Positions 28,169 through 38,182 of a stretch of 64,000 bases of DNA are shown in pieces (within the stretch, counting starts at the first letter, position 1; every line of letters begins with the position of its first letter). The stretch spans positions 62,001-126,000 of IMG/VR virus record IMGVR_UViG_3300032242_000723. One strand, 5' to 3'. A program made the translations under genes and the position numbers. The notes below the pieces were generated by a model. It was not told where the DNA came from, did not search any database, and worked only from the letters and a program-made list of their open reading frames with translations.

Positions 28169-28387
28169 ATGGCTATGCGAGTTAAGTTTAACAGAGAGCC
28201 AGGTGATGACGATCTGGCGTGGTTTTCAAAACATATCGGGCCGCGGACACACTGGCTGATGACAAAGCGTGGTGGAGTAGGTTGGGAATTTCAGTGGGAT
28301 AACGATGGTGCAGGGCGGCGGCAATGGTTCCTCACTGTTGATGACGAATACGGGAAGATATTGACATACTATTTGTTGATGCGATAA
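28169..28387 (+). CDS. small protein, paralog of 32271-32492, distantly LRWS-like C-terminus
   Basis: WF..HIGP...GGVGWEF...WFLTVDD...LTYYLL. Confidence 0.65.
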   Translation: MAMRVKFNREPGDDDLAWFSKHIGPRTHWLMTKRGGVGWEFQWDNDGAGRRQWFLTVDDEYGKILTYYLLMR

Positions 28388-28412
28388 AAACATCCTTGAT
28401 CTACCTTTTCGG

Positions 28413-28441
28413 TTGACATCAGTTACCCGTTTCGCTATATT
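28413..28441 (+). promoter_or_regulatory. early promoter cassette
   Basis: TTGACA-17-TATATT followed by GAATCATAGACA..CACAC..AACGGA RBS leader. Confidence 0.85.
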
Positions 28442-28478
28442 GAATCATAGACAAACACACAGAAACGGAACTACTCAA

Positions 28479-28700
28479 ATGGTTTATCAAGTCGCACAAA
28501 AGTCTAAAGTTGACGATATCTCGTTTCTCGCTGAACGCATCATCAATGGTCTTGATCCTGCTAAGAACTATGTTGTTCAAGGTGAGTTTGAAACTTACGC
28601 TCAGGCACAAGAGTTTCTAGCATATCTGGATGGTATCGCAGATATGATCATTGATAAGTTGGGTTCGGTTTCTTTCTATAACTTCATCGTTCGGGCTTAG
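28479..28700 (+). CDS. hypothetical early protein
   Basis: ATG 28479 after cassette leader. Confidence 0.6.
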   Translation: MVYQVAQKSKVDDISFLAERIINGLDPAKNYVVQGEFETYAQAQEFLAYLDGIADMIIDKLGSVSFYNFIVRA

Positions 28701-28711
28701 GAGTAAAGATA

Positions 28712-28864
28712 ATGACTGTCGCAGAACTTATTGAACAACTTCAAAAGATGCCTCAGAATGCGTGGGTCCAGGTTCTTGCAAACGGATATGATGGGTCATT
28801 ATGTAGGAGCGCCGATAGTGTGTCTATTAATGAAGTAGAACTCGTGGTTTATATCGAGGGATAA
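28712..28864 (+). CDS. 50-aa MTVxEL-type small protein (not in ORF track)
   Basis: AGGAG RBS; MTVAELIEQLQKMPQNA. Confidence 0.6.
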   Translation: MTVAELIEQLQKMPQNAWVQVLANGYDGSLCRSADSVSINEVELVVYIEG

Positions 28865-28872
28865 AATAACGG

Positions 28873-28901
28873 TTGACATCAGTTACCCGTTTTGCTATAT
28901 T
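28873..28901 (+). promoter_or_regulatory. early promoter cassette
   Basis: TTGACA-17-TATATT, nearly identical to 28413-28441. Confidence 0.85.
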
Positions 28902-28938
28902 GAATCATAGACAGACACACATAAACGGAGTTATTCAC

Positions 28939-29148
28939 ATGACTACATCTTGCACACACTTTGTTGGATTCAAGGACGATGCCTTTAACCGTGCTATTCA
29001 AGTGTTCGGTCTTCCTGACTTCATTCACCGTCAATGGGACGGTCGTGCTAAGAGCATGATCGCCGAATGTGACCGTGTTGTATTCGCTAAGGGCACTGAA
29101 CAAGATGTGCCTTATATGTATTCGTTTGACGACTCGGGAGTATTCTAA
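28939..29148 (+). CDS. hypothetical early protein
   Basis: GGAG RBS; HFVGFK.D....A..VFG.PDFIH..WD.RA. Confidence 0.65.
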   Translation: MTTSCTHFVGFKDDAFNRAIQVFGLPDFIHRQWDGRAKSMIAECDRVVFAKGTEQDVPYMYSFDDSGVF

Positions 29149-29345
29149 TGGCCAAGATTGATAGCGAAAAGCGTAAGTGGTCAACTGACGGTCAGTTCAA
29201 TCTGACTCGTCTGGTTATCTATGACCATTCAAGCAAGGAAATGCCTGAGTCTTTCAGCGTTCGGTTCAACCGTGATGTTATTTACACGGGTTATGACTAC
29301 AGTGAGGCTCTGCAAACTTTCATGATGTATGAGGATATGTTCTGA
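29148..29345 (+). CDS. hypothetical protein
   Basis: TAATG coupling; GGGAG RBS. Confidence 0.55.
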   Translation: MAKIDSEKRKWSTDGQFNLTRLVIYDHSSKEMPESFSVRFNRDVIYTGYDYSEALQTFMMYEDMF

Positions 29346-29505
29346 TGATTAAGTGGTTTCGTAGACGATATTATTACATTCGTGTGCAAACCATATTGTT
29401 CGGGTGGCGATGGATTTTAGGTGATCGGAGTCAAGAATTCGATATGGTGAAATATCGTGCATTCAATAAGCAGTATATAAAGAAGATTTACTAGGAGATG
29501 GTCTG

Positions 29506-29796
29506 ATGATGTACGCAGTTTATAGACATTACGGAAATGAAGTTTTTAGCGGTGAAAATCTTCTGTTTGTCACTGCTAGCAAGCGAGTTGCAGAAGATGC
29601 AGTTGCTCTTGCTCAATTGGAACAAGAAGAAGCCCGCTCAATCCAGCGTCCACAATGGGAAGATATTGAACTATACGTTGTTCATATCAACAAAATTACT
29701 GAATATGAGGCTAAAGTGAAAGCAATCCTAACGGTTGATCCAGAAGGCATTGATGACGATTTTAGTTATTATTATGAAGAAGTAGAAGTACGATGA
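29506..29796 (+). CDS. hypothetical protein
   Basis: AGGAG RBS; 96-aa ORF. Confidence 0.6.
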   Translation: MMYAVYRHYGNEVFSGENLLFVTASKRVAEDAVALAQLEQEEARSIQRPQWEDIELYVVHINKITEYEAKVKAILTVDPEGIDDDFSYYYEEVEVR

Positions 29797-30149
29797 GTTA
29801 TGTTGATATTGACACTATGGTAGGAAAGACCTTCACCAAAGTTTGGGAGAATGGCGATGCAATGGTTTTTGAGAATGATGTAGAGCGTTATACGTTCTAT
29901 CATGATCAAGACTGTTGCGAAACTGTTCAAATTGAAGACATCAACGGTGACTTGGAAGACCTTGAAAACTTGCCACTACTAATAGCGAGGGAGGCTTCAG
30001 GTGAAACTGAAGATGAGTGTAGTGAGGAATCATACACCTGGACGTTCTACAAGTTTGCGACCTTTAAGGGTTATGTTGACGTTCGCTGGTTAGGAACTTC
30101 AAACGGATATTATTCCGAAAAAGTTGATTTGAAATATGAAAGGATATAA
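29793..30149 (+). CDS. conserved-looking phage hypothetical protein
   Basis: HDQDCCE.V.IEDI.GDL...SYTWTFYK.AT.KGYVDVRWLG.SNGYYSE. Confidence 0.7.
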   Translation: MSYVDIDTMVGKTFTKVWENGDAMVFENDVERYTFYHDQDCCETVQIEDINGDLEDLENLPLLIAREASGETEDECSEESYTWTFYKFATFKGYVDVRWLGTSNGYYSEKVDLKYERI

Positions 30150-30150
30150 G

Positions 30151-30666
30151 ATGACAATGCTAAACAAACTTAAGGCCGATCAACTAACGGCTCGCAAGAC
30201 GAATGACAAGATTGCAGCATCTTTGCTGACCACATTACTTGGTGAGGCTACTAAGGTCTCTGATGAAGATTTCAAGAAAGGTGCCACTGAGATTACCGAC
30301 GAAAAGGTGATCGTGACCATCAAGAAGTTCTTGAAGAACACGGAAGAAACCAAGCGTATCCTAGACGCTGAGTTTGAACAGGTCATGGGTCATTCTCCTG
30401 ACAGCATGAAGACATATCCACTGACTGATGAAGGTCGGGTGTTCATGGAAAGTAGAACTTCTAAGTGGCAGGCTGTTAAGCGTGAGATCATGATTTTGAA
30501 TGAGTATCTTCCACAACAAATGGATGAGTCTCAACTACGTATTGCTATTGAAACGTTCAAGGCTGAAAACCCTGACGCGAATATGGGTGGCATCATGGCA
30601 CACTTGAAGGCTAACTTTGCTGGTCTCTATGACGGCAACATGGCAAGTCAGTTGGCTAAGGGTTAG
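30151..30666 (+). CDS. GatB/YqeY-domain protein
   Basis: LKADQLTARK, E..IL..YLPQQMDESQL, MGGIMAHLKANFAG..DG. Confidence 0.8.
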   Translation: MTMLNKLKADQLTARKTNDKIAASLLTTLLGEATKVSDEDFKKGATEITDEKVIVTIKKFLKNTEETKRILDAEFEQVMGHSPDSMKTYPLTDEGRVFMESRTSKWQAVKREIMILNEYLPQQMDESQLRIAIETFKAENPDANMGGIMAHLKANFAGLYDGNMASQLAKG

Positions 30667-30800
30667 TCATATGATGCGTATCGTTAGGATCGCACTATGG
30701 ACTATCGTTTGGATACTATATGGAATCCTAATGTGGTGTGTGATACAGATAGCAAGTCTGTTCGCCATGTTAGGGTTCTTCTAAAAAAGTACGATTCCGG

Positions 30801-30829
30801 TTGACATCGGTTTTCATGTTTGCTATATT
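30801..30829 (+). promoter_or_regulatory. early promoter cassette
   Basis: TTGACA-17-TATATT plus GAATCATAGACAGAAACACACAAACGGAGTTACTCAAATG leader. Confidence 0.85.
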
Positions 30830-30866
30830 GAATCATAGACAGAAACACACAAACGGAGTTACTCAA

Positions 30867-31127
30867 ATGGCTTATATCGTTTACAACATCGAAACGACTC
30901 GCATTGAAGACACCTACATGAGCGAAACTGTTGCAAAGCGTCAACGCACTCGTTTGAATAATCAGGCAGGCTTTGAGAAGTTTGCTTATCAGGACGATAC
31001 TGTGTATCGCATCGCTATTGAAAAGATGGTCGAGCGTACTAACATGATGACTGGTGAGAAGTATATGGAGAGCGTGAACACTCCTCTTTGTTGCTCGCCA
31101 TCATCCGATTCCTATTGGTCTGCATAA
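30867..31127 (+). CDS. hypothetical early protein
   Basis: C-terminal RTNMMTGEKYMESVNTPLCCSPSSDSYWS. Confidence 0.65.
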   Translation: MAYIVYNIETTRIEDTYMSETVAKRQRTRLNNQAGFEKFAYQDDTVYRIAIEKMVERTNMMTGEKYMESVNTPLCCSPSSDSYWSA

Positions 31128-31182
31128 GATGCAACACTTCATTGTCCCAAATCAAAATCTCAACACAACGGAAGAAAATAAA

Positions 31183-31401
31183 ATGGGAAATATTGCTAAA
31201 GTAATCGGTGTTGCTATGATCGGAGTAGTTATTATCATTGCTAGTGGATTGCTGTTCAGCCTTCCGGTAATGTGGCTCTGGAACGGCTGCTTGATCGCTG
31301 CTATTCCTGGCATCAAATCTATCGGCTGGCTCCAGGCTTGGGGTATTCTCATTCTCTGCGGACTGTTGTTCAAGTCTTCGGTCACTACTAAGAACCAATA
31401 A
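31183..31401 (+). CDS. small two-TM membrane protein
   Basis: LPVMWLWN...IGWLQAWGILIL. Confidence 0.65.
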   Translation: MGNIAKVIGVAMIGVVIIIASGLLFSLPVMWLWNGCLIAAIPGIKSIGWLQAWGILILCGLLFKSSVTTKNQ

Positions 31402-31417
31402 CTTAAAAGGAAAACAA

Positions 31418-31756
31418 ATGATTAAAACACTCTTCGGAAGTGTCGGTGCAGCACTTGCTACTATTGCACTTCTATTCGGACTATCATATCTCTCGTATCT
31501 GGGATATGCATACTTTGCTCCAAAGTATCGTGCTGTTGACAGCAAGGTGTTTCACGAGTCAGAGCAATATAATGAAGGTATGGTTCGTGATCTAAGCGAA
31601 CTACAACGGCAGTATGTTACTGCAAGTGCTGAAGATAAGGCTGCATTGCGTCCTATCATTCTGCATCGCTTCTCAGTCTATCCTACTGAAAAGATGCCCA
31701 CTGAACTGCGTAGTTTCTACGAGTCAATCCAAAACCCATCAATCGTATCTAAGTAA
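31418..31756 (+). CDS. membrane-anchored hypothetical protein
   Basis: N-terminal TM; AAGGA RBS. Confidence 0.65.
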   Translation: MIKTLFGSVGAALATIALLFGLSYLSYLGYAYFAPKYRAVDSKVFHESEQYNEGMVRDLSELQRQYVTASAEDKAALRPIILHRFSVYPTEKMPTELRSFYESIQNPSIVSK

Positions 31757-31765
31757 GGAAATCAA

Positions 31766-32269
31766 ATGAACAAGTTTATGACTATTACTGCCATCTCTGC
31801 CGCTGCTGTTGCCCTCGCATCTTGCGGTAAATATGAGCCAAGTTCCGACGCTATTCAGAATGCCAAGCAAGAAGAACTATCTAAGCGAGGCGTTCAGTCG
31901 GTTGGTCTCCCTGCAATCAAGAACTTTCAAGAAAAGCGAATCCTTAAGGACATTCTTGAACTTCGCGACAATCCAAAGTTCAATACATATACCTACACCG
32001 AAGACATGAACGGTCGTTTGCATCTTCGTTGTCATTCGATCGGCTATGGTATTCCTTATGCTACGCAGTATACTAATCCGCAGCAGATTGAAAACTACGG
32101 AAGCTACGGTCAAGTAGCGATCCCACAAGCCGATCCTAATGGTTTGTTCAGTCCTGCTAGTGCTGATGGTACTTGGGTTCTCTGTAAGGTACCTGGCAAG
32201 GACGATGTTCAACCAGTCTACATGGAACCTCGCATCACTGTTAGTCCATTCCCCCTAGAGAATAACTAA
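31766..32269 (+). CDS. predicted lipoprotein
   Basis: Signal peptide ending ALASC; GYGIPYATQYTNP, QADPNGLFSP. Confidence 0.7.
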   Translation: MNKFMTITAISAAAVALASCGKYEPSSDAIQNAKQEELSKRGVQSVGLPAIKNFQEKRILKDILELRDNPKFNTYTYTEDMNGRLHLRCHSIGYGIPYATQYTNPQQIENYGSYGQVAIPQADPNGLFSPASADGTWVLCKVPGKDDVQPVYMEPRITVSPFPLENN

Positions 32270-32270
32270 C

Positions 32271-32492
32271 ATGAGTGCGACGGTCAAGATCAAGGGTCCT
32301 CCTCAATCAAAAGAGGTTGATTGGTTTGTGACTAATGTTGGTCCATTCCAAGCTCGTCCTGACGCGAGATCAGTTGTGGGGAAAGGGTGGCGTTTTGATC
32401 GTCTTGATTTCACTAAGCCCTATCCTCACAAGGAATGGACGCTTACTGTTGATGACGACAAGGTTCTAACTCATTACTTTTTGACAAAGTAG
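32271..32492 (+). CDS. small protein, paralog of 28169-28387
   Basis: WF..NVGP...VVGKGWRF...WTLTVDDDKVLTHYFL. Confidence 0.65.
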   Translation: MSATVKIKGPPQSKEVDWFVTNVGPFQARPDARSVVGKGWRFDRLDFTKPYPHKEWTLTVDDDKVLTHYFLTK

Positions 32493-32501
32493 GAATAGAC
32501 T

Positions 32502-32783
32502 ATGAAGTACGAATATATTTGTTGGTGCAAGGAAGATAAGCACGATAAAGTTTGGGGACTTGTTGAACTTGCTCCCAACAAATATATGACCTTTTGGGGT
32601 CGTCGTGGTGCTAAGTTACAAACTAAAATCTCTGAAATGAGTGACTATAAGGCAACCGACGCTCTTCAGTCAAAACTTCGTAAGGGATATATTCGAGTTC
32701 ATAAATCTGATCTTGATACCATCTACCCTGAGTTTCAAGAAGAACTAGAAAAAGCCGCGTTTTGGAATAGATTTAAGGTCTAA
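32502..32783 (+). CDS. WGR-domain-like protein
   Basis: HDKVW...TFWGRRG..LQ...KLRKGY. Confidence 0.65.
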   Translation: MKYEYICWCKEDKHDKVWGLVELAPNKYMTFWGRRGAKLQTKISEMSDYKATDALQSKLRKGYIRVHKSDLDTIYPEFQEELEKAAFWNRFKV

Positions 32784-32839
32784 AAAACGATATTTGCTCT
32801 AAATATGTTCATACCCGAATAATAAAAAGGATAAACGGT

Positions 32840-33073
32840 ATGGACATTTTAGCACAAATCAAAAGCATGTTAGCCGACTCACATGATCCTAATGTAGTCT
32901 CAAGCAAAAGAGTTATCACAGTCATTTGCGTTCTATTGATGGTCGTGGGCTTTATAGGCAATATGTTCTTCAAGTACGCAGTTGATCAGCACATTTTTGA
33001 TTCTATCATGTATGTGGTAATCGCTACAACAGGTGCAACTGGATTAGAAAAGTTTGCTCCCCCTAAGAAATAA
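32840..33073 (+). CDS. two-TM small membrane protein (holin-like topology)
   Basis: SSKR followed by two hydrophobic helices; CTAAATA upstream. Confidence 0.6.
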   Translation: MDILAQIKSMLADSHDPNVVSSKRVITVICVLLMVVGFIGNMFFKYAVDQHIFDSIMYVVIATTGATGLEKFAPPKK

Positions 33074-33136
33074 TAGTTGACATCACCCTCGCTTCTGTGC
33101 TATATTAAGTTATAGTTTGAAACGAGGGTTTTTGTT

Positions 33137-33523
33137 ATGCTCACTGAAGGTACAGTTGTCACTCTTAAAGTTCGCAACCCTAACTGGGAGGCCCGTGATC
33201 GTTATGCATCAGGTGTCATTCGCGAGTTTAGCATGTACACTGGTACTGTTATGCGTCAAAAGTGGTTTGGTGCCAACGAGATTGGTCTGACGACTACCGA
33301 AAAGCACAATCCGTTTCGCGTGATTCGTATGGAAAATATCGCTGAGATTGACGGTACTGTTTCTACATATGTTGCCCCAGTTAAGACGGAACCTAAGACT
33401 GTGATCGTTCACGGTTCTAAGGGTGACTCGTATACTGTCACTAAAGATGGTCTCAAGTCTACTTGCACTTGCAAGGGCTTTTCGTTTCGTAAAACTTGTA
33501 AACACATTGAAGGAGTAATCTAA
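33137..33523 (+). CDS. SWIM zinc-finger protein
   Basis: GSKGDSYTV...CTCKGFSFRKTCKHI. Confidence 0.75.
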   Translation: MLTEGTVVTLKVRNPNWEARDRYASGVIREFSMYTGTVMRQKWFGANEIGLTTTEKHNPFRVIRMENIAEIDGTVSTYVAPVKTEPKTVIVHGSKGDSYTVTKDGLKSTCTCKGFSFRKTCKHIEGVI

Positions 33524-33632
33524 TGGAAGTTTTGACTTTTATCTTTCAAGATTTTTTGCACTTTGTCGGTGTCTGGATCTTGCTATCTATCGTTATGGAG
33601 CCTTTTTGCTATCTGTTCGGGAAGCGTGATTA

Positions 33633-34091
33633 ATGCCTAAGTTGTATGTCCTTGTCGGTGTGCCTGGTGCTGGTAAGAGCACTTGGGTATCGAGCCAAGA
33701 ATGGACGAACACCGTGTTCATCTCTACTGACAAGTTTGTAGATGAATATGCAGAGTCGGTCGGTAAGACCTATTCGGAAGTGTTTGAAAGTTACATGCCA
33801 ACTGCCGTCAAGCGTATGACTAACGAGGTTATCGAGGCTCGCAGTGCGGGTAAGGACATTGTGTGGGATCAGACCTCAACTTCTCGCGGTGCTCGTGCTC
33901 GCAAACTAAATATGCTCAAAGAGTATGAGGCTATCGCAGTTGTGTTTAAGACGCCAGATCAGGAAGAACTTGCTAAGAGGCTTGCGAGCCGTACTGGTAA
34001 GAACATTCCTGATCATGTCATGAAACAAATGATCAATAACTTCTCTATGCCTTCTAAAGATGAAGGCTTCAACAAAATAATGGTGATATAA
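33633..34091 (+). CDS. P-loop kinase (AAA_33 / polynucleotide kinase-like)
   Basis: LVGVPGAGKST, ISTD, WDQT, RLASR...IP. Confidence 0.85.
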   Translation: MPKLYVLVGVPGAGKSTWVSSQEWTNTVFISTDKFVDEYAESVGKTYSEVFESYMPTAVKRMTNEVIEARSAGKDIVWDQTSTSRGARARKLNMLKEYEAIAVVFKTPDQEELAKRLASRTGKNIPDHVMKQMINNFSMPSKDEGFNKIMVI

Positions 34092-34092
34092 A

Positions 34093-34431
34093 ATGCAGTT
34101 TGCAATATGTGACGAACGCGGAAAGGCATCTCTTTGGTGCGAACAACTCAGTGTGCTGTTAGATGGACGAATCACTTTTAGAGTGCTCAATGGATTCTGG
34201 ACTGGAATCTATGATCCTCAAAAGCATGAAATATTTGTAGATGCGACAGGGACAACTCGTTACGGCAAGTTGATCTGGCAAGGTCGGGCTCCATTCAACC
34301 CATACCATTGCGAGCAAATCCTAGCTTGGATTGACGAGCAAGTCATGTTAACTGGTGGTAGGATTCGCGATTGGATCTTTGTTGATGACGGTAAAGCAGA
34401 TTACACCGAAGATGATGAAGTTCCGTTTTAA
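34093..34431 (+). CDS. hypothetical protein
   Basis: 112-aa ORF ending acidic EDDEVPF. Confidence 0.55.
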   Translation: MQFAICDERGKASLWCEQLSVLLDGRITFRVLNGFWTGIYDPQKHEIFVDATGTTRYGKLIWQGRAPFNPYHCEQILAWIDEQVMLTGGRIRDWIFVDDGKADYTEDDEVPF

Positions 34432-34442
34432 GGATCAATGAG

Positions 34443-34868
34443 ATGAAGATCGGAGTAACCGGTACCCGTTCAGGAATGAATGAACATCAGCATAAAGAGT
34501 TGGTACACTTTATGAAGCTGGCTGTTGCAGCCTATGCTCTTGACAATGAATCTGTGGAAGTTCATCATGGAGATTGTGTGGGTGTAGATGTTGAGGTTGC
34601 TGAACTGGCGAAAAAGTCAGGTTTCAAGACCATCTGTCATCCTCCAGAAAAAGATGAACTCCGTGCATTTCACAAGTCGGATGAGATTCGCCAACCTAAA
34701 TCATACTTTGCTCGCAATCGTAATATCGTAGACGAATGTGATCTATTGATCGTGATTCCATATCAAGACAGTCATCAAAAGTCAGGCGGCACCTGGTACA
34801 CATATGACTATGCTGTAAAAAAGCAAAAGCCTACACATATTATCTTTCCAATGAACGAGTCACAATGA
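34443..34868 (+). CDS. SLOG-superfamily (YspA/DprA-like) nucleotide-binding protein
   Basis: IGVTGTR, HHGDCVGVD, ARNRNIVDECD.LI, GGTWYT. Confidence 0.7.
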   Translation: MKIGVTGTRSGMNEHQHKELVHFMKLAVAAYALDNESVEVHHGDCVGVDVEVAELAKKSGFKTICHPPEKDELRAFHKSDEIRQPKSYFARNRNIVDECDLLIVIPYQDSHQKSGGTWYTYDYAVKKQKPTHIIFPMNESQ

Positions 34869-35059
34869 CTGAGCGAGAAGCATCAAGAAAATGGTGCCCT
34901 AACCGAGAACTTAGAAACAACGCTAATGCCTGTTGTATTGGATCAGAATGTATGGCATGGCGTTGGATCCAGGATGAGTTGGTAGCCTTCGCCGCTGGTA
35001 CAAAAACGGTGGTGTCCGAGGGTAAACATGGGTATTGTGGTCTGGCTGGAAAGTTATAA
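34865..35059 (+). CDS. small Cys-rich protein
   Basis: KWCP...CIGSECMAWRW...GYCGLAG. Confidence 0.6.
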   Translation: MTEREASRKWCPNRELRNNANACCIGSECMAWRWIQDELVAFAAGTKTVVSEGKHGYCGLAGKL

Positions 35060-35117
35060 TAGGCTTGACATCGGTATATAATCTTGCTATATTAAAGATT
35101 ACAAAGGAGATGTATCA

Positions 35118-35480
35118 ATGACTATGCATATGGCCCCGATCTTTGTTAGCACTGTTAACAACGGAAAGATCAAGAAGAAACTCACTGCTCCCCAGCTTAG
35201 AGCGAAGGCAGAGCATGAGGCATGGTTGACTAAGCGTGGTCTTCATCCTGATCAACTCAAGGCTAAGAAGTCTAAGAAGCGTGATAAGGAAGAAAGCACT
35301 TTCACATATGAGTCTCGCCGCACTGTTCCCACTTCCAACACTGTTGGTAACGGGTTCAAGAAGCAAGAACAAGTCTATACGGGCGACAATCTTTTGGGAA
35401 TTGCCGTAATGCATAAAAGTTGTTTGGTGCCTGTGTTCAACAAAGAAAACGCAGAAGAAATCGCTAGGATGAGGCGATGA
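35118..35480 (+). CDS. basic hypothetical phage protein
   Basis: AAGGAG RBS, TTGACA-17-TATATT promoter at 35065-35093; YTG..LLGIAVMHKS.LVPVF. Confidence 0.7.
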   Translation: MTMHMAPIFVSTVNNGKIKKKLTAPQLRAKAEHEAWLTKRGLHPDQLKAKKSKKRDKEESTFTYESRRTVPTSNTVGNGFKKQEQVYTGDNLLGIAVMHKSCLVPVFNKENAEEIARMRR

Positions 35481-35776
35481 TCTACTATTCACTTCGCGTA
35501 AAGAGCAACGGTAAGTATCTCAAAGGTACGCCCGGCTATGCTGATTACGCCACATCTGCCTCAGCCCGTGTATTCACTACCGTTGGTGATCTCAAAAAGT
35601 TTGTTAATGCGTTTGTAAAGATTAAAATAAATGAGAAGCGTCAGGGCTGGTTTTCTCGTCCCAATATCGCAATGAGTGATTTGGAAGTAGTTGAATATGA
35701 AGTCGCTGAAACAGAGACAAAAGGTGTTCATGAGTTCGTGAAACCTGAACTGATTATACAAATATTAGGAAGTTAA
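35477..35776 (+). CDS. hypothetical protein
   Basis: ATGA overlap; 99 aa. Confidence 0.55.
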   Translation: MIYYSLRVKSNGKYLKGTPGYADYATSASARVFTTVGDLKKFVNAFVKIKINEKRQGWFSRPNIAMSDLEVVEYEVAETETKGVHEFVKPELIIQILGS

Positions 35777-35778
35777 AC

Positions 35779-36663
35779 ATGAAAATCGCATTAGCCAGTG
35801 ACCTCCATACCGAGTTCTCACCCATTACATTGCCCAACACTGAAGGGGCAAAGGTTCTCATATTGTCTGGTGATATCTTAGTCGCACACGCACTACACGA
35901 TCATCCTATTGACAAGCCTGTTCCTACTAATGCAATGCAGCCAGGTCGGAACCAAGGTGCTGCTGTAAGATTCCGTGAGTTTCTAACTCATGTGAGCCAA
36001 GAGTATGAGCATGTGGTATATGTGGGAGGTAACCATGAGGCTTATCATGGTCGTTTCCCTGACTATATTCAATGGTTGAGAGACGAGTGTAAGAACTATC
36101 CTAACATTCACTTCCTTGAAATGGATAGTGTTGTCATTGATGATATCACTTTTGTCGGTGGTACATTGTGGACGGACATGAACAAGCGTGATCCAAACAC
36201 GATGTATATGATTACTAACATGATGAATGACTTCCGTCTCATTAGACATAGCCATCATAACTATCGCAAGTTCATGCCGCAAGACGCTGTACAGCGTCAT
36301 ACTGAGACATTACAATATATCAAAGATACTGTAGACGCCAGTCCTGAGCGTTCCTATGTCGTTGTAGGGCACATGGGACCGAGTCAGCGTAGCATTCATG
36401 CTCGGTATAAGAACGATCAGTATATGAACGGTGGGTATGTGAGTGATCTTGATGATTTCATTCATAACCGCCCTCAAATCAAGTTATGGACAATGGGACA
36501 TACCCATGACCCTCATAGTTATTATATCAACAACACCTTTGTTGCGTGTAATCCTAGAGGATATAAAGGTCATGATCCAGAAGAGGCTAACTTTAAACTG
36601 AGATACATTGATCTAGATAATATGCCTGAAAAGTTTGAAGGCGTGAAGTGGTCTAGAGATTAA
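35779..36663 (+). CDS. calcineurin-like metallophosphoesterase
   Basis: SDLH, LSGDI, GGNHE, GHTH, CNPRGY. Confidence 0.9.
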   Translation: MKIALASDLHTEFSPITLPNTEGAKVLILSGDILVAHALHDHPIDKPVPTNAMQPGRNQGAAVRFREFLTHVSQEYEHVVYVGGNHEAYHGRFPDYIQWLRDECKNYPNIHFLEMDSVVIDDITFVGGTLWTDMNKRDPNTMYMITNMMNDFRLIRHSHHNYRKFMPQDAVQRHTETLQYIKDTVDASPERSYVVVGHMGPSQRSIHARYKNDQYMNGGYVSDLDDFIHNRPQIKLWTMGHTHDPHSYYINNTFVACNPRGYKGHDPEEANFKLRYIDLDNMPEKFEGVKWSRD

Positions 36664-36707
36664 ACTCTACCAACATAATCTCTACTATATAGTATGAAGG
36701 ACATGAT

Positions 36708-37241
36708 ATGAAGGTTAATCTCGGCAAGTTTAGAGACAATGACGCTAACAGAACGGTTAAGGTCGTAATAAACGATTATGATACTTGGTCGCTTGATTAT
36801 ACTCTTGCATTGATCATACTGCCTGCGTTGCTACAACTTAGACAAGCTAAAAGTGGTACTCCAGGTGAGTTCATACTTGATATCAGTGGCGATCCTAATG
36901 CTGTTCAAAGAAGTTTTGATTTCCATACTGAAACCTACAATGAAACAGTTGATAAAGCCCATGAAAAGTGGGAAAATATTCTTGACAAGATGATCTGGTC
37001 TTTCTATCAACTTGTTAGAGATGACTATGCAAAACAATATCATCATGGTAAGATGGACCTATCGTTTGAACCCATAGAGATGACTAATCCAGTTACTGGT
37101 AAAACTGAGACTATGCAACAGATGATAGACAAGAATCCTGATGAGCATTGGTATGATCATGTAGGACACGATTTGCATGTTGAACGAGTACAAGAAGGTC
37201 TTGAACTGTTCGGCCGTTATTTCCGAAGTTTGTGGGATTAG
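36708..37241 (+). CDS. hypothetical phage protein
   Basis: YDTWSLD.TLA.IILP.L..L, W..ILDKMIWSF, QEGLELFGRY...LWD. Confidence 0.7.
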   Translation: MKVNLGKFRDNDANRTVKVVINDYDTWSLDYTLALIILPALLQLRQAKSGTPGEFILDISGDPNAVQRSFDFHTETYNETVDKAHEKWENILDKMIWSFYQLVRDDYAKQYHHGKMDLSFEPIEMTNPVTGKTETMQQMIDKNPDEHWYDHVGHDLHVERVQEGLELFGRYFRSLWD

Positions 37242-37250
37242 GAAAATAAA

Positions 37251-37562
37251 ATGGAAATGACTACATTTAGTATGGATGTCTCTGAACTAGCCGCGAGGTT
37301 AACATGTCAGGTACATGGCACTTTAGACTATCTATATAACGATGGATATTTGACAGCAGAACAACATGATGACCTGTCTGCTAGACTTATAGTATGTCCA
37401 GTTAGAAACAAGCCTAAGTGGTTTGGTGAAAGGCTATTGAATAGGTTTTGGGGTAAACAAGAAGATAATGAACATCTTTATATTTTCCCGATCACCACAA
37501 TGCAGAAACCATATAGACCTGACGAGATCATAGAAGAAGGAACCTCAAATGAAAGTGATTAA
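37251..37562 (+). CDS. hypothetical protein
   Basis: AGGA RBS; 103 aa. Confidence 0.55.
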   Translation: MEMTTFSMDVSELAARLTCQVHGTLDYLYNDGYLTAEQHDDLSARLIVCPVRNKPKWFGERLLNRFWGKQEDNEHLYIFPITTMQKPYRPDEIIEEGTSNESD

Positions 37563-37711
37563 AGAAGCGATTAAGTCAATAGACGGTAGGATAGAATGGT
37601 GTTGGGCCTCAACTCGCATGTTTCTTGAGAATAAAGACGCACATGGAGTTATGGATATGGGTGCAGAACTTCAGTCTTTGCAACGGGCTAAGGCTGAGTT
37701 GGAAAAGTTAT

Positions 37712-38182
37712 ATGAAGCCTAAGTTCATTGAATACTACATGAAGTTTGCAGAGTTGACCAGTACACTGAGTCATGCAAAACGATTGCAGGTTGGTGCCGT
37801 TATTGTCAAGGGTGATAGTCAAATCATCGCTACAGGCTATAACGGTATGCCAACTGGATGGGATAACACCTGCGAAGAAGAGCATGTAGAGTATGTAAGT
37901 TCTGGTTACGGTATGCCCATGAGGGAAGAAACATATCTAAAAACTCGTCCAGAAGTCCTCCACGCGGAGAGCAACGCCATTGCTAAAGTAGCACGATCTA
38001 CTGAATCAAGTGAAGGTGCCACATTGTTCTGTACTCACGCTCCTTGTATGGATTGTGCTAAGTTGATCTATCAGGCTGGTATCTCTACTGTGTACTACAA
38101 GGAAAAGTATCGCGACGAAGGTGGAGTGAAGTTTTTGTGTGAAGGTGGTGTAAGTGTCCATCAGCATCCCGACAGCGTTTAA
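37712..38182 (+). CDS. dCMP deaminase
   Basis: QVGAVIVK, TGYNG.P.G, VLHAESNAI, THAPCMDCAK; start 37712 preferred. Confidence 0.92.
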   Translation: MKPKFIEYYMKFAELTSTLSHAKRLQVGAVIVKGDSQIIATGYNGMPTGWDNTCEEEHVEYVSSGYGMPMREETYLKTRPEVLHAESNAIAKVARSTESSEGATLFCTHAPCMDCAKLIYQAGISTVYYKEKYRDEGGVKFLCEGGVSVHQHPDSV